Part shown: positions 10,308 through 19,123 of the stretch, piece after piece
Layout: each line of letters starts with the position of its first letter
Position numbering within the stretch: the stretch's first letter is position 1
NCBI GenBank assembly: GCA_027923505.1
Contig: BROI01000032.1
Coordinates: 1 to 64,000, forward strand
DNA: 64,000 nt
From: Mayamaea pseudoterrestris
Lineage: Eukaryota
Reading direction: 5' to 3'
Notes under the pieces: generated by a model
Databases searched by the model: none
Told to the model about the DNA's origin: nothing
The model's input: the letters and a program-made list of their open reading frames with translations, nothing else
Translations under genes and position numbers: made by a program

Positions 10308-11282
10308 CTAAGAGTACAGTGTTAAACGATCGATTCTCGCCCCAACTCGTTGGTTTCCAAGTTCCCACCTGCGCAAGTCGCTAAATGTAAATCCAAGACC
10401 GACTCCGCCACCTCCTCCAAGAGCAGTTAGTTGTCCGCACGTTGGACAGAGAACATAATCCAGATTCTGAATGCTAGTCAGCTCAACCTTGCAGGCCTGG
10501 CAGGGCGACGCCTGGTAAAAGTCTCGCTGCAGGCAGCTCCACGTTTCCTGCGCACCTCGCACCTTGGCCATGACGCCGGGACGAATCTCGACAGTGCGCT
10601 GAAAGGGTAGCGAAAGGGTTGGTGCCTTGGAATCAGGTCCAAGCTTGTTTCTGCGCGGCACACTCAAGCTCATATTGTTCAGTTGCGTGTTGACACTCAC
10701 TTGGCGATGGTAGCTAGGAGGCGTGTCAATGTGACTTGTCGAATCCCAAAAGGGATTGCTGTCGCCGCGCAAGTTGCGAGTAGGCAGAGGTGCGTTTCGG
10801 GACGCAACCTCGGAAGTGAAAGCACTGAATCGAGCATTCTGGTGATGCTGTTGGCTTAAGGAGGTCGACAAAGGCGGAATGCCAGTGTTTTCTACTGAAC
10901 CTGAGCGTCGTGGGAGGGAAGGTGGAAGGTCTGTGCTGGGAATAGTTGGCGACTTTGATTGACCTCGAATCGGTGATGCAGGAGAGAGGTTGGACGGACG
11001 AAAGAAGCGGTATTGGGTTTCGTCCTGCTCGCGATTGTTGCAGGATTGGTCGACGAATCGAGGACTGAATGTTGCGTTCTTTGTGTCGTCCACTTCATTA
11101 TGGTGTCGCTCGAGGGCTATTCGGAGATCATCGAGCTTGCGCTTGCTTGCCGCTCTTGTTGTGAATCCGAGCGCCGCATTGGACTTGCGGATCATAGACG
11201 AGTGATCGAAAGGACTGAGCTTGCTGGCACTCTGTCGCTTCGTGCAAGACAGGAGCTTGCTCATGGACGAAGTCTTCTTCAT
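10308..11282 (-). CDS. Hypothetical protein with C-terminal CxxC...CPxC zinc-ribbon-like domain
   Basis: First ATG (MKKTSS) at 11282 within ORF 10308-11411. C-terminal VEIRPG..VRGAQETW..CQAC..YVLCPTC..GGVGLGF. Confidence 0.7.
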   Translation of the reverse strand: MKKTSSMSKLLSCTKRQSASKLSPFDHSSMIRKSNAALGFTTRAASKRKLDDLRIALERHHNEVDDTKNATFSPRFVDQSCNNREQDETQYRFFRPSNLSPASPIRGQSKSPTIPSTDLPPSLPRRSGSVENTGIPPLSTSLSQQHHQNARFSAFTSEVASRNAPLPTRNLRGDSNPFWDSTSHIDTPPSYHRQVSVNTQLNNMSLSVPRRNKLGPDSKAPTLSLPFQRTVEIRPGVMAKVRGAQETWSCLQRDFYQASPCQACKVELTSIQNLDYVLCPTCGQLTALGGGGGVGLGFTFSDLRRWELGNQRVGARIDRLTLYS

Positions 11283-11534
11283 AATCAATTTGTTCAGTGC
11301 AATGGAAAATGTATGAAGGCTCCGGAGGATTTGTGAGGCGCTATGGATCGGCAATTGACCAAAATGAGACGCAAGGAACTCGAACAGGAAGGCTCGAAGA
11401 AAAATTGACAAAATGCACCTTTGGAGTTTAACATGACGTCCAAACCGAACCCCGCCGAGTCGAAGATAGTCTTCAACTTGAAGTAGGCGTCAACTGAAAC
11501 AGGATGCTGATGACAACCATCTGCAATCAGCACG

Positions 11535-11731
11535 TGTGCAGATTGCCCTCCGTCGCTCGGCTGCTTCTTTCCGCGGTGCACGGCCAAGGCCGGTCTAGCT
11601 GCCCAACAGGCGGCAGCGATGTCCATGTAGGTTGCGTATGCTATGTGACCCGGAAATCCGGGTCCCTGAGCAACCACGTCATCGATGATGACTGGCAGCG
11701 AGTCCTGTCTTGACAGGAGTCGCCTCAACCC
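11535..11731. repeat. Split direct repeat B2 (197 bp, 3' terminus of the YR element)
   Basis: Identical by eye to 11990-12186. Confidence 0.95.
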
Positions 11732-11746
11732 GGGTGGGTGGGTGGG

Positions 11747-11978
11747 ACAAACAAACAAACAAGCTGGCTAGACAACAGGGTTGGCAAGCAAGCAAGCAAG
11801 AGGAATGAGAGGCATCGGATGGGGATCGGCAACTTGGTCTGTGGTTGTCGGTCCTCCATTGATGTCGCATGTGACGTGTCCCGAACCATCGATGATGTGT
11901 ATCACTCAGAGTGTACTCATAAGGTATCTTATGAGTGTCCCCAAGGCAGTCTCCTCGAAGCATCCGCCCTGAGCCGGA
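11747..11978. repeat. Split direct repeat A2
   Basis: Matches 42592-42812 apart from 3 substitutions and an 11 bp insertion (tcgaagcatcc). Confidence 0.93.
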
Positions 11979-11989
11979 CAATCTGCACT

Positions 11990-12186
11990 TGTGCAGATTG
12001 CCCTCCGTCGCTCGGCTGCTTCTTTCCGCGGTGCACGGCCAAGGCCGGTCTAGCTGCCCAACAGGCGGCAGCGATGTCCATGTAGGTTGCGTATGCTATG
12101 TGACCCGGAAATCCGGGTCCCTGAGCAACCACGTCATCGATGATGACTGGCAGCGAGTCCTGTCTTGACAGGAGTCGCCTCAACCC
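11990..12186. repeat. Split direct repeat B1 (197 bp)
   Basis: Identical by eye to 11535-11731. Confidence 0.95.
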
Positions 12187-12465
12187 ACACGACAACAGCT
12201 AGCTGGATGGACGTCCCGCCACACAACAAAGGCCGTGTGGCGAGAACCGCGAAAGAAACAAAGAAAGAAGGAACGAGAAGAGGAAGAGGCTGAAGATCTG
12301 CTCCCTGTCTCCCTCGGTAGGAGGGATGGAAGCCCAGGACGAGGAGCGCACAAGTGCTGCACAATTTGAGAATTGTGAGACTCGGATGCGAATCCTGAGC
12401 GAGCGACTCGTAGCCAACGATATGCAATAGCTATGATTTGCACAATCAATGATAATAGCTAAGGA

Positions 12466-13767
12466 TTATAATAAAACTGCGCCTTCAATGGCTTTCATAG
12501 TGAGGCGTCCCACCTCGTGAGTGCTCTCCCGTAGATAATGTTGTACGGAGGGAGGCGACCACCGGAGACGGAAGGCAATCTCCTCAATGGAGAGCCCTGC
12601 GTTTTGTAGAGCCACGGCTGCTGTGACCCTATTAGAGTGTGCCACAATCCTGGTGATGTTGCTGCGCAAGTAATGTCGTTTGTCAGGATAGGCCCCGACG
12701 ACGGCCTGGCGCATGACTTTAATAATATCGCGTGACTGGAGGTACTCATACGCTCCTGTGGCGTCTTTGCGAAAGACACCCAGTGGCTCGAGTACAGGCT
12801 GTTTATGTAGTTGTTTGGCACGCTTCAAGATAGAGAGGCTGGCCGCGATAGGGCAGATGAAGGCGTGACCAGAACGGCGGAACCGGCGGATGGTGAAATT
12901 GTTCTGGCTCTTGTCATAGCGAAAGCGCAGGCGCAGCTCAAAAGTCTGAGTGCTATTTACCAAGAGAGCCGCATGTGACAAGAGTATATTATCCTTTGTG
13001 TAAAAGGTGAAATCAATGGCGACGAACGCCAGGGGTTGGCCGGCCCACTCGCCAGCATCAGCGTTAGCTGGCACTTTGCTGAAGCATCCCCGCTTTGCCG
13101 TAGTCTGAGCGTATTCGTTGGCTCGCGAACCTGTGAAAGCCCCCAGGCAAGTCCAATCAAACACTGCAGCGTCTATGTCGAGGGCGTGGCGCACGTCCTT
13201 GGAAGTCTGTTGTTTGAGCTTGCTGAACAAGTAACTGAACATTTCGTGTGTGTAAGGCTCTCGTTTTTCCCTCGCTTGTTGCCATTTGCGGCGGCTGGCA
13301 AGGATATCTGCCAAGACAGGATGAAGGCCTGAGCCGCGAGGGTCGTCGATGGAGAAGCGGCGATGAAGAAATGTTTCAAGGAGAGCGTGAGCGGCATTCA
13401 GGTAACCTACTAGAGTTTTCACCATGAGCGTCTGGTCAGGCTGGTTTGTTTCGCCCTTGGCCTTGCGCTTGTCAATCTCGAGTGAGGTTTCGCCTGCTGC
13501 CACTGCGTACAAGTAGCTGGCAATTACCGGGATTTCCTGCCCCGGTGCGATTTTACGGAAAGACTCGTCGTTGAATCCTGCCTTGAGGCTCCATTTTCCA
13601 AAATGCGAGGCTCTCTGGTCAAACGTGCGATCGTTTCCGGACCGTACATCGCCTCTGGGGCGGTGCCGTTGATTACTGATGAGATTGTTGTAAGCAGTCT
13701 GGATTCCACAAGGAAGACTTTGCAGGTCGCCAATGCCTGCGTTTCCAGCGTGATAACGGATGCCCAC
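12466..13767 (-). CDS. Tyrosine recombinase of the YR retrotransposon (start uncertain; overlaps RT/RH ORF by at least 244 nt)
   Basis: Catalytic set R (TGSRANEY), K (RYDKSQ), HxxR (AHSNRVTAA), W (LRWS), Y (VQHYLRE), plus ICPI before the C-terminal lobe. Confidence 0.92.
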   Translation of the reverse strand: MGIRYHAGNAGIGDLQSLPCGIQTAYNNLISNQRHRPRGDVRSGNDRTFDQRASHFGKWSLKAGFNDESFRKIAPGQEIPVIASYLYAVAAGETSLEIDKRKAKGETNQPDQTLMVKTLVGYLNAAHALLETFLHRRFSIDDPRGSGLHPVLADILASRRKWQQAREKREPYTHEMFSYLFSKLKQQTSKDVRHALDIDAAVFDWTCLGAFTGSRANEYAQTTAKRGCFSKVPANADAGEWAGQPLAFVAIDFTFYTKDNILLSHAALLVNSTQTFELRLRFRYDKSQNNFTIRRFRRSGHAFICPIAASLSILKRAKQLHKQPVLEPLGVFRKDATGAYEYLQSRDIIKVMRQAVVGAYPDKRHYLRSNITRIVAHSNRVTAAVALQNAGLSIEEIAFRLRWSPPSVQHYLRESTHEVGRLTMKAIEGAVLL

Positions 13768-16562
13768 GAGGCTGTCGAGGGTGTGAAGCGAGAAAGCCGA
13801 TCCGCCTCGACATTCGTCTTGCCGGGAATGTGGTTTGCCTGAATGCGAATGAACAGAGTGCTGTAAGTGATGAGTGCATGGAAGAACCTAGCCAGGCGGC
13901 GTACATGAGGCTTGTTGCAGCGAGCCGCGTGGCGCATCCATGATAGTGCTGAGGTGTTGTCTGCCAGAACGTTCAGGATGTGATGGTGGTGCCGTCGGAT
14001 GGGGCAGTTTTTGTACACTCCAATGGTGAGGACAACGTTGATAATGATGGCTGCAAACTCCAAGACGTTTATATGGTAATCATCATCGGTGAGAGGCCCA
14101 ATTATTGGGCGGTCTTGGACGTTGCGCGTGCGAAAGCCATGGACTGATAGGTCACCGTCGTGGAGACGCCACATGAATTCGAGTTCCACATTGAACGCAC
14201 CCACGCCTTTTGTGCTGGCATCACTTTTCAAGGTATTGGTGGGTTCACGCTCGACCATGAGGCCAATGGGTTTGCGCCAGATGTGTGCCCAAGCGGGGTT
14301 GTCGAGTGTATCGTGCAGCACTTGCAAATCAGCCAGGGCGCCCTCCGAAATTGCAACTCGAGCTGTGCGCCACCACCGCCGCAGCACTCGTTCTTGGCTA
14401 GGCGTAAGCCTGGATGTGCGAATGGAATGTTTCAATTTTGCATCTGCTTTTCGAGCTTGATCAGTGAGTGATTGCTGCAATCGAATGGACAAGTAGTCGG
14501 CTAAATCAGCCACCGAGCCCCCATGGCGCATGAGCCCTAAGATGGTAGCTTTGTCGGCAACTGGAACCAGAACCGTTTTTGGATGAAAGGCAAGTGACCA
14601 ATCGTCGCGCCAGCGATGCAGCATGTGCTTCAGTTTTTGTTGTTTCAAAAGCGGGAGGCCGACTTCCATGCGGCGAGAGTCCCAGTCGAGACCGAGGTAG
14701 TGTAATTGATGCGAGATGCGAGGCTGCCATTTTGCGGCGTTGATGCAAGCGCCTCTCCATTTGTCATTGACGTCGCCAAACACAATACTTGCCGCAATGA
14801 CACTGCGGTGGACGGCCTCTCTGATGTCTGGCCCTATGGCGGCCACGCCTTGGTCGTCGACGAAACTGGAGAAACCAAACTTGTAATCGGGACCGAGTAA
14901 TTTTCGTGTGCCTTGGTTGTAGCGGTCGCGTAGGGATTGACCAAACCCAGCGGACTCTGCGGCGGACGGCGGGTCGGAGAGAATAATATTGTCTGACAAA
15001 TCCGTAGTAGCTTGGCCGATGTCAAGGGTTGCCGCAATGAGGCTGCGCAACTCTCCCATTTTCATGTACCAGCCAGGGCAAGGTACGCCACCAAAGATTT
15101 GGCCGACGGGTATCACGAGCCATTTGTCAAGAACTGTACCAAACGCTACAGCAATGTCCGGATGGTAATGCAGCCAGCGGAATGCAGCTGAAATGTCGTC
15201 CGCGGCCATGTAGATTTCTTCGTGAGGGTGGTCGAGGCGTAAGTTCCACAAGAGTTTGAGCATGCGCGGGATGACAGTGCCATAATGGACCTTTGGGTTT
15301 TGTCGTTCGTCGTGGCCCTCTTTATAGAGCTTTGGCATCTGGCGATTGACGTTGCCGCGATCATCCGGATGGAGGGGTGTGGAAGGGTCGTTGATAAGGC
15401 GGCCTTCATCACCCAGCCGGCCTTCCTTGGGTGGAATGTAGGATAGTAGAGCGAGAAAGAGCCCTGGTACGTAGGCCCAAAGGAATCGCAGAAACATGAT
15501 ATGATAAGATAGTTTTTCCTCCTTGCGATATTTTTCCATGATGTTTATCCAGTCGGCCTCGAGGCCGCGGTTGTTTTCCTTCTCACGTCGAGCCACATCC
15601 TGGAATGGGCAGGTGAAGACGCTGCGAATGGGAACTCCCTCGGCTATGATGTGTTCTACGCCGGCAAAATCGACTGGTGGGTATCTTGGCGAAATCGATT
15701 TCTTGTGGAGTGTAGCGATAGCGTCGCGCAGTAGGGAGCGATCCTCGTTCTGGTGCGTATAGATGCCGCCTAGCCAACGGAGCAAGTCGCCGTAGTTGAA
15801 ATCGCAGCGTAAAAGTGCCGCGCCCATGTCGTAAACTCTGGACTCGTTAATAGCCGACATGTCTGTCTTTGGGTAGTAGCGCGGCTCGCGGAGATGCCAC
15901 AATGGTGTAGTAACAGCGTGGTGGCGCAAGGTCGCGTATCGATGTGTTGTGTCGTCGTTCAAAGCTGTCGCAATGTTATGTCGTTCCCGTGCGGTTAAAT
16001 AGCCCCAGGCGAGGTGCGTGAGGAGGTGCGGGGACGGAGCGTCATGCGAGGAGCTGATGTCAATCGATGCCTTTCCCCAGCCAAACATCCGTCGCCAGTG
16101 TATGCGATTGTCCAGTGGCAGTATGACTGTCGAGCCGTAAATGGGGTGATTGTGAAAGGGGTTTACTTGTCGCAAATGCATGACATCGAGCGGGTCTAGG
16201 AATTTCCAGACGTTTGCGAGTAACGTAGGCCAGTATGTAGTATCGTGTCGAACGGCTGGCTTTGGCGCTCTCTTTGGTGGTTTGCGACGTCGGCAGGAGG
16301 TGGCGGTGACGGGAAATGGCGGTAATTGTTCGCGTAATGTGCGTGCGCGAGCGATTGTCTCGGATGTGTGGGTCGCGGCGAGGACCGTCGCTTGTGGGCC
16401 GACCACTGGAGGCGGTCGAGGCGGTGTGGCGGGAGATGGAACGACTGCTGCGCCAGTCGCTGAATCGCCAGATGTATCTGTCCTGGTGGTTGCGTCGGTC
16501 GGCGCGGCGAACGGCGCCGCTGGCGGGCGCGCCGTAGTTGGCGAAACAGGAGTCGAGGCGAG
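13524..16562 (-). CDS. Reverse transcriptase-RNase H of the YR retrotransposon; frame is open up to the ORF1 stop
   Basis: RT motifs ADDISAAFR, IFGGVPCP, FVDD, HYLGLDWDS. DIRS-type RNase H motifs SDASTKGVG, HINVLEFAA, ADNTSALSW, HIPGKTNVEADRLSR. No stop between 16406 and 16562. Confidence 0.92.
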   Translation of the reverse strand, partial: LASTPVSPTTARPPAAPFAAPTDATTRTDTSGDSATGAAVVPSPATPPRPPPVVGPQATVLAATHTSETIARARTLREQLPPFPVTATSCRRRKPPKRAPKPAVRHDTTYWPTLLANVWKFLDPLDVMHLRQVNPFHNHPIYGSTVILPLDNRIHWRRMFGWGKASIDISSSHDAPSPHLLTHLAWGYLTARERHNIATALNDDTTHRYATLRHHAVTTPLWHLREPRYYPKTDMSAINESRVYDMGAALLRCDFNYGDLLRWLGGIYTHQNEDRSLLRDAIATLHKKSISPRYPPVDFAGVEHIIAEGVPIRSVFTCPFQDVARREKENNRGLEADWINIMEKYRKEEKLSYHIMFLRFLWAYVPGLFLALLSYIPPKEGRLGDEGRLINDPSTPLHPDDRGNVNRQMPKLYKEGHDERQNPKVHYGTVIPRMLKLLWNLRLDHPHEEIYMAADDISAAFRWLHYHPDIAVAFGTVLDKWLVIPVGQIFGGVPCPGWYMKMGELRSLIAATLDIGQATTDLSDNIILSDPPSAAESAGFGQSLRDRYNQGTRKLLGPDYKFGFSSFVDDQGVAAIGPDIREAVHRSVIAASIVFGDVNDKWRGACINAAKWQPRISHQLHYLGLDWDSRRMEVGLPLLKQQKLKHMLHRWRDDWSLAFHPKTVLVPVADKATILGLMRHGGSVADLADYLSIRLQQSLTDQARKADAKLKHSIRTSRLTPSQERVLRRWWRTARVAISEGALADLQVLHDTLDNPAWAHIWRKPIGLMVEREPTNTLKSDASTKGVGAFNVELEFMWRLHDGDLSVHGFRTRNVQDRPIIGPLTDDDYHINVLEFAAIIINVVLTIGVYKNCPIRRHHHHILNVLADNTSALSWMRHAARCNKPHVRRLARFFHALITYSTLFIRIQANHIPGKTNVEADRLSRFTPSTASWASVITLETQALATCKVFLVESRLLTTISSVINGTAPEAMYGPETIARLTREPRILENGASRQDSTTSLSVKSHRGRKSR

Positions 16563-18575
16563 TCAAGAGCTTATGAGTCTCGTGTATGCCTCAGTTGGGA
16601 GCAGTTTTTCTTTGACTCTGTCTCGATTAAGGAAGGTTGTCACTGGAGCGAGTGAAGCTCTTGTCCACATGGTTGGATTTGCGCGAATATTGATCTCGCA
16701 ACGGCGGCATGCTGTAGCGTTGCAGCCCCTCATGCCGGCGACAATGAACGGAAAGCATATCTGTGCGTTATTAACAACTGGGACGCGGATGTCTTGTCTT
16801 GTCAAGTCATTGAGGATTTGGCGAATGCTGGCCATGGTAGGTTCGGCGTTGCCAACACAAGTTATCAAGGCAACTGGCAATTTTCGGTACGTACCGTTAT
16901 CGGGCTGTGGATGTTGCTGGGGATGTTGACGCGCCGGTTGCTGGGCTGGCTGTTGTCCACTGTGTCCTGGCAGCTGGCGTCCTGGCTGTTGGTGAGGCGG
17001 CTGGAATGGTTGCTGTCGAGCCGGCAGCACGTATGGTGGCAATGGCCGACTGTACAGAACGGAGGATGGCGGCGCTGTCGAGGTAAAGACAGTGACGTTG
17101 AACGCTGCTGTGCAGTCCTGGCGCCAAGTCGCCAACTCTTCCTTTAAAGGCTTCCAATCGCGCATCCGGATAGAACTGTCGAAGGCTGACACGTCGGATC
17201 GCTCAGGGTACGCCCATAGGAGCACAGGGACGCAGTGTTCCTCGGGGAAGTAATTCTGTGACCAGTCAATGAAGATTTTAAAGAGCCGTTGTAGTGCGAC
17301 TAGTGTAGCCTCTGTAGCGCGGAGTTTGTTTCCGGCGGGAAGGCGTGTCCACGCCTGTTGGGTCGGATGATGCGTGAGTAAATCAATTAGCCAAAACAGA
17401 TGTCCCGCCATTGGTGAGGCAAGTAGGAATGGTGACAGCTCGGAGCTGATCTCTCTGAGCTTGCGGAAGCGGGAAGGGAAGTGGAATATTAAGTGGATCC
17501 ACCAACCCATGTTTCTGATTAGCTGAGCGAGCTGGGCGGGCGCGAAACCGTCCGCCGGGAGTCGGAAGGTGCCATTGCTGGTGATAGTAGTGATGAAGTG
17601 GAATGGCGTGATGCAACTGGTAAGGTTTGAGGCGCTTAGTGTTTCGCCAGTGCCAATGGCTCCAGTTTGCAGCGCCCGCAAGTGATCATTGCCGCGGAAG
17701 AACGCATCGCTCTCGAAAGATGGGCGGAAGCAAGTTGGAAAGGTGGAATGGGATGCCGCTTCGAGCTCGTTTGCAATGTACAGGCCCGCCTGCTGTGTTT
17801 CTTGTTGCCCTTGCTTTCCAGAGAGGACGTTAACACAATAAGCCTTGCTGATGATTCCCGGCAAGAGGAGGGCGTAATTTTCGTAAACGCCCTGACTGGT
17901 GTCCTCAGACGGTGGGCCCATCCGGATTGTTGGAGGGACGGCGTATGCGCCAAAGTGGGCCAACTGGCTCATAGCCGCGGTGAGTGATCCGCCGATATAT
18001 TTTTCGCGAGAGAACATGTTTGGATCATCAATCTGGTCGACCGTGGGGATGAGGCAATGTCCGACTGGATGGCCCTTTGTAGGCTTGTTACCGGGGAAAT
18101 AGGGGCCTAGGCCCGTTCGTTCTTGCTCGTATGGCAGATATATGCCAGATGTACTGAATGGCTTATTATTAGTGTGATCCTTGTGCTGGCGCAGCTGGAC
18201 GCGCGGTGGTGTCGCCGGGTGTGTGGGCGGCTTTCTGACGTCTGTAACTTCCACCGAGCCATCGCTATCACTCCAGCGTTCATGTTGGTGATAGTGCAGC
18301 TTTTTGGCGAGGCTGGAACCCTCCGCTTTCCGTTTGCGTTCCTGGGCTATCCAATCTGGTTCCTCTCTGGGGCGGCTGTCGTGGCCGGTTTGTCCGGACG
18401 GGTGCGCGGCCTGTTGCTCGGCATGGCGCTTGACCAGTGAAGGGCTACTTGCTTGCGACTGGAAACGCTCCCGAATCATATCCGATAATAGGTCTGTAGG
18501 TGGGGGACGACGGCGCTCCTTGTCGGCAGTTGCCGGAGTCTGTCGTTGTGTTTGGCTGGTCTTGGAAACAATTTC
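16563..18575 (-). CDS. 3' part (670 aa) of the gag-like ORF1 of the YR element, cut off by the copia insertion
   Basis: Joins in frame with 41065-42531 after removing the copia dimer and one TSD (..EDLSQL|EIVSK..). Q/P-rich tract and C-terminal Cys cluster CFPF..GCNATACRRC. Confidence 0.85.
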   Translation of the reverse strand, partial: EIVSKTSQTQRQTPATADKERRRPPPTDLLSDMIRERFQSQASSPSLVKRHAEQQAAHPSGQTGHDSRPREEPDWIAQERKRKAEGSSLAKKLHYHQHERWSDSDGSVEVTDVRKPPTHPATPPRVQLRQHKDHTNNKPFSTSGIYLPYEQERTGLGPYFPGNKPTKGHPVGHCLIPTVDQIDDPNMFSREKYIGGSLTAAMSQLAHFGAYAVPPTIRMGPPSEDTSQGVYENYALLLPGIISKAYCVNVLSGKQGQQETQQAGLYIANELEAASHSTFPTCFRPSFESDAFFRGNDHLRALQTGAIGTGETLSASNLTSCITPFHFITTITSNGTFRLPADGFAPAQLAQLIRNMGWWIHLIFHFPSRFRKLREISSELSPFLLASPMAGHLFWLIDLLTHHPTQQAWTRLPAGNKLRATEATLVALQRLFKIFIDWSQNYFPEEHCVPVLLWAYPERSDVSAFDSSIRMRDWKPLKEELATWRQDCTAAFNVTVFTSTAPPSSVLYSRPLPPYVLPARQQPFQPPHQQPGRQLPGHSGQQPAQQPARQHPQQHPQPDNGTYRKLPVALITCVGNAEPTMASIRQILNDLTRQDIRVPVVNNAQICFPFIVAGMRGCNATACRRCEINIRANPTMWTRASLAPVTTFLNRDRVKEKLLPTEAYTRLISS

Positions 18576-18580
18576 CAACT
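18576..18580. repeat. Left target-site duplication CAACT
   Basis: Same 5-mer at 41065-41069, directly outside the outer LTRs. Confidence 0.95.
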
Positions 18581-19123
18581 TGCTTGAGATCCAAGATGAA
18601 GGTCCGTACGGAAGTAGGGAGAAAAGACGGTTTAAACGCTAAAAGACTGGGGAAACTTTGAATCTATTGTTAGTAGATCCTCTAGAATGAGACGAAAGTG
18701 AAGCGGTCGATTTCGCATCCAAGAGTGGCTTCTCATTCATACGTATGTATATTGTCTACCGGTCGTGTCATTTTGTACTGGCCATCCCGTAGGCGGGATG
18801 GCTCTCGTCCGTCTACAGAATTGGCAGTATAGTCTTCACTGCTGGTAGTGTTTGCACGGCTTCGCTCTGTAGAGGCCCAACATTCGCTGTGTACGCCGGT
18901 TCCGGTATTCGATGTACCTGTGGTAGTCTTTCTACGGTTGTCAGTCGTGAATTCTTCGGGTACGGTGAAGTGTGTAGGGTTTGGGCCAGTGGCTGACTTT
19001 CTACTCTCGCCGTCGTAGGAGTGTGGTCGTGAACGGGATGTTCCGTGTCTTGGTGCCGCTGAGACCGTGTCGATGTCCTTTTCAATGTTGCTTTGTTCGT
19101 CGGCCAAAACGGGGATCCCAGCA
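18581..19123 (-). repeat. 3' LTR of copia unit 1 (543 bp)
   Basis: TGCTTGAGATCC...GGATCCCAGCA; four copies in the window. Confidence 0.97.

Noticed and set aside
12466..13767. Prophage or bacterial integrative-element integrase
   Set aside because: It overlaps a DIRS-type RT/RNase H ORF and lies within split direct repeats in intron-containing eukaryotic DNA.
16180..16929. Plus-strand ORFs antisense to the YR element (also 40922-41647)
   Set aside because: Shadow frames of GC-rich coding sequence with no motifs.
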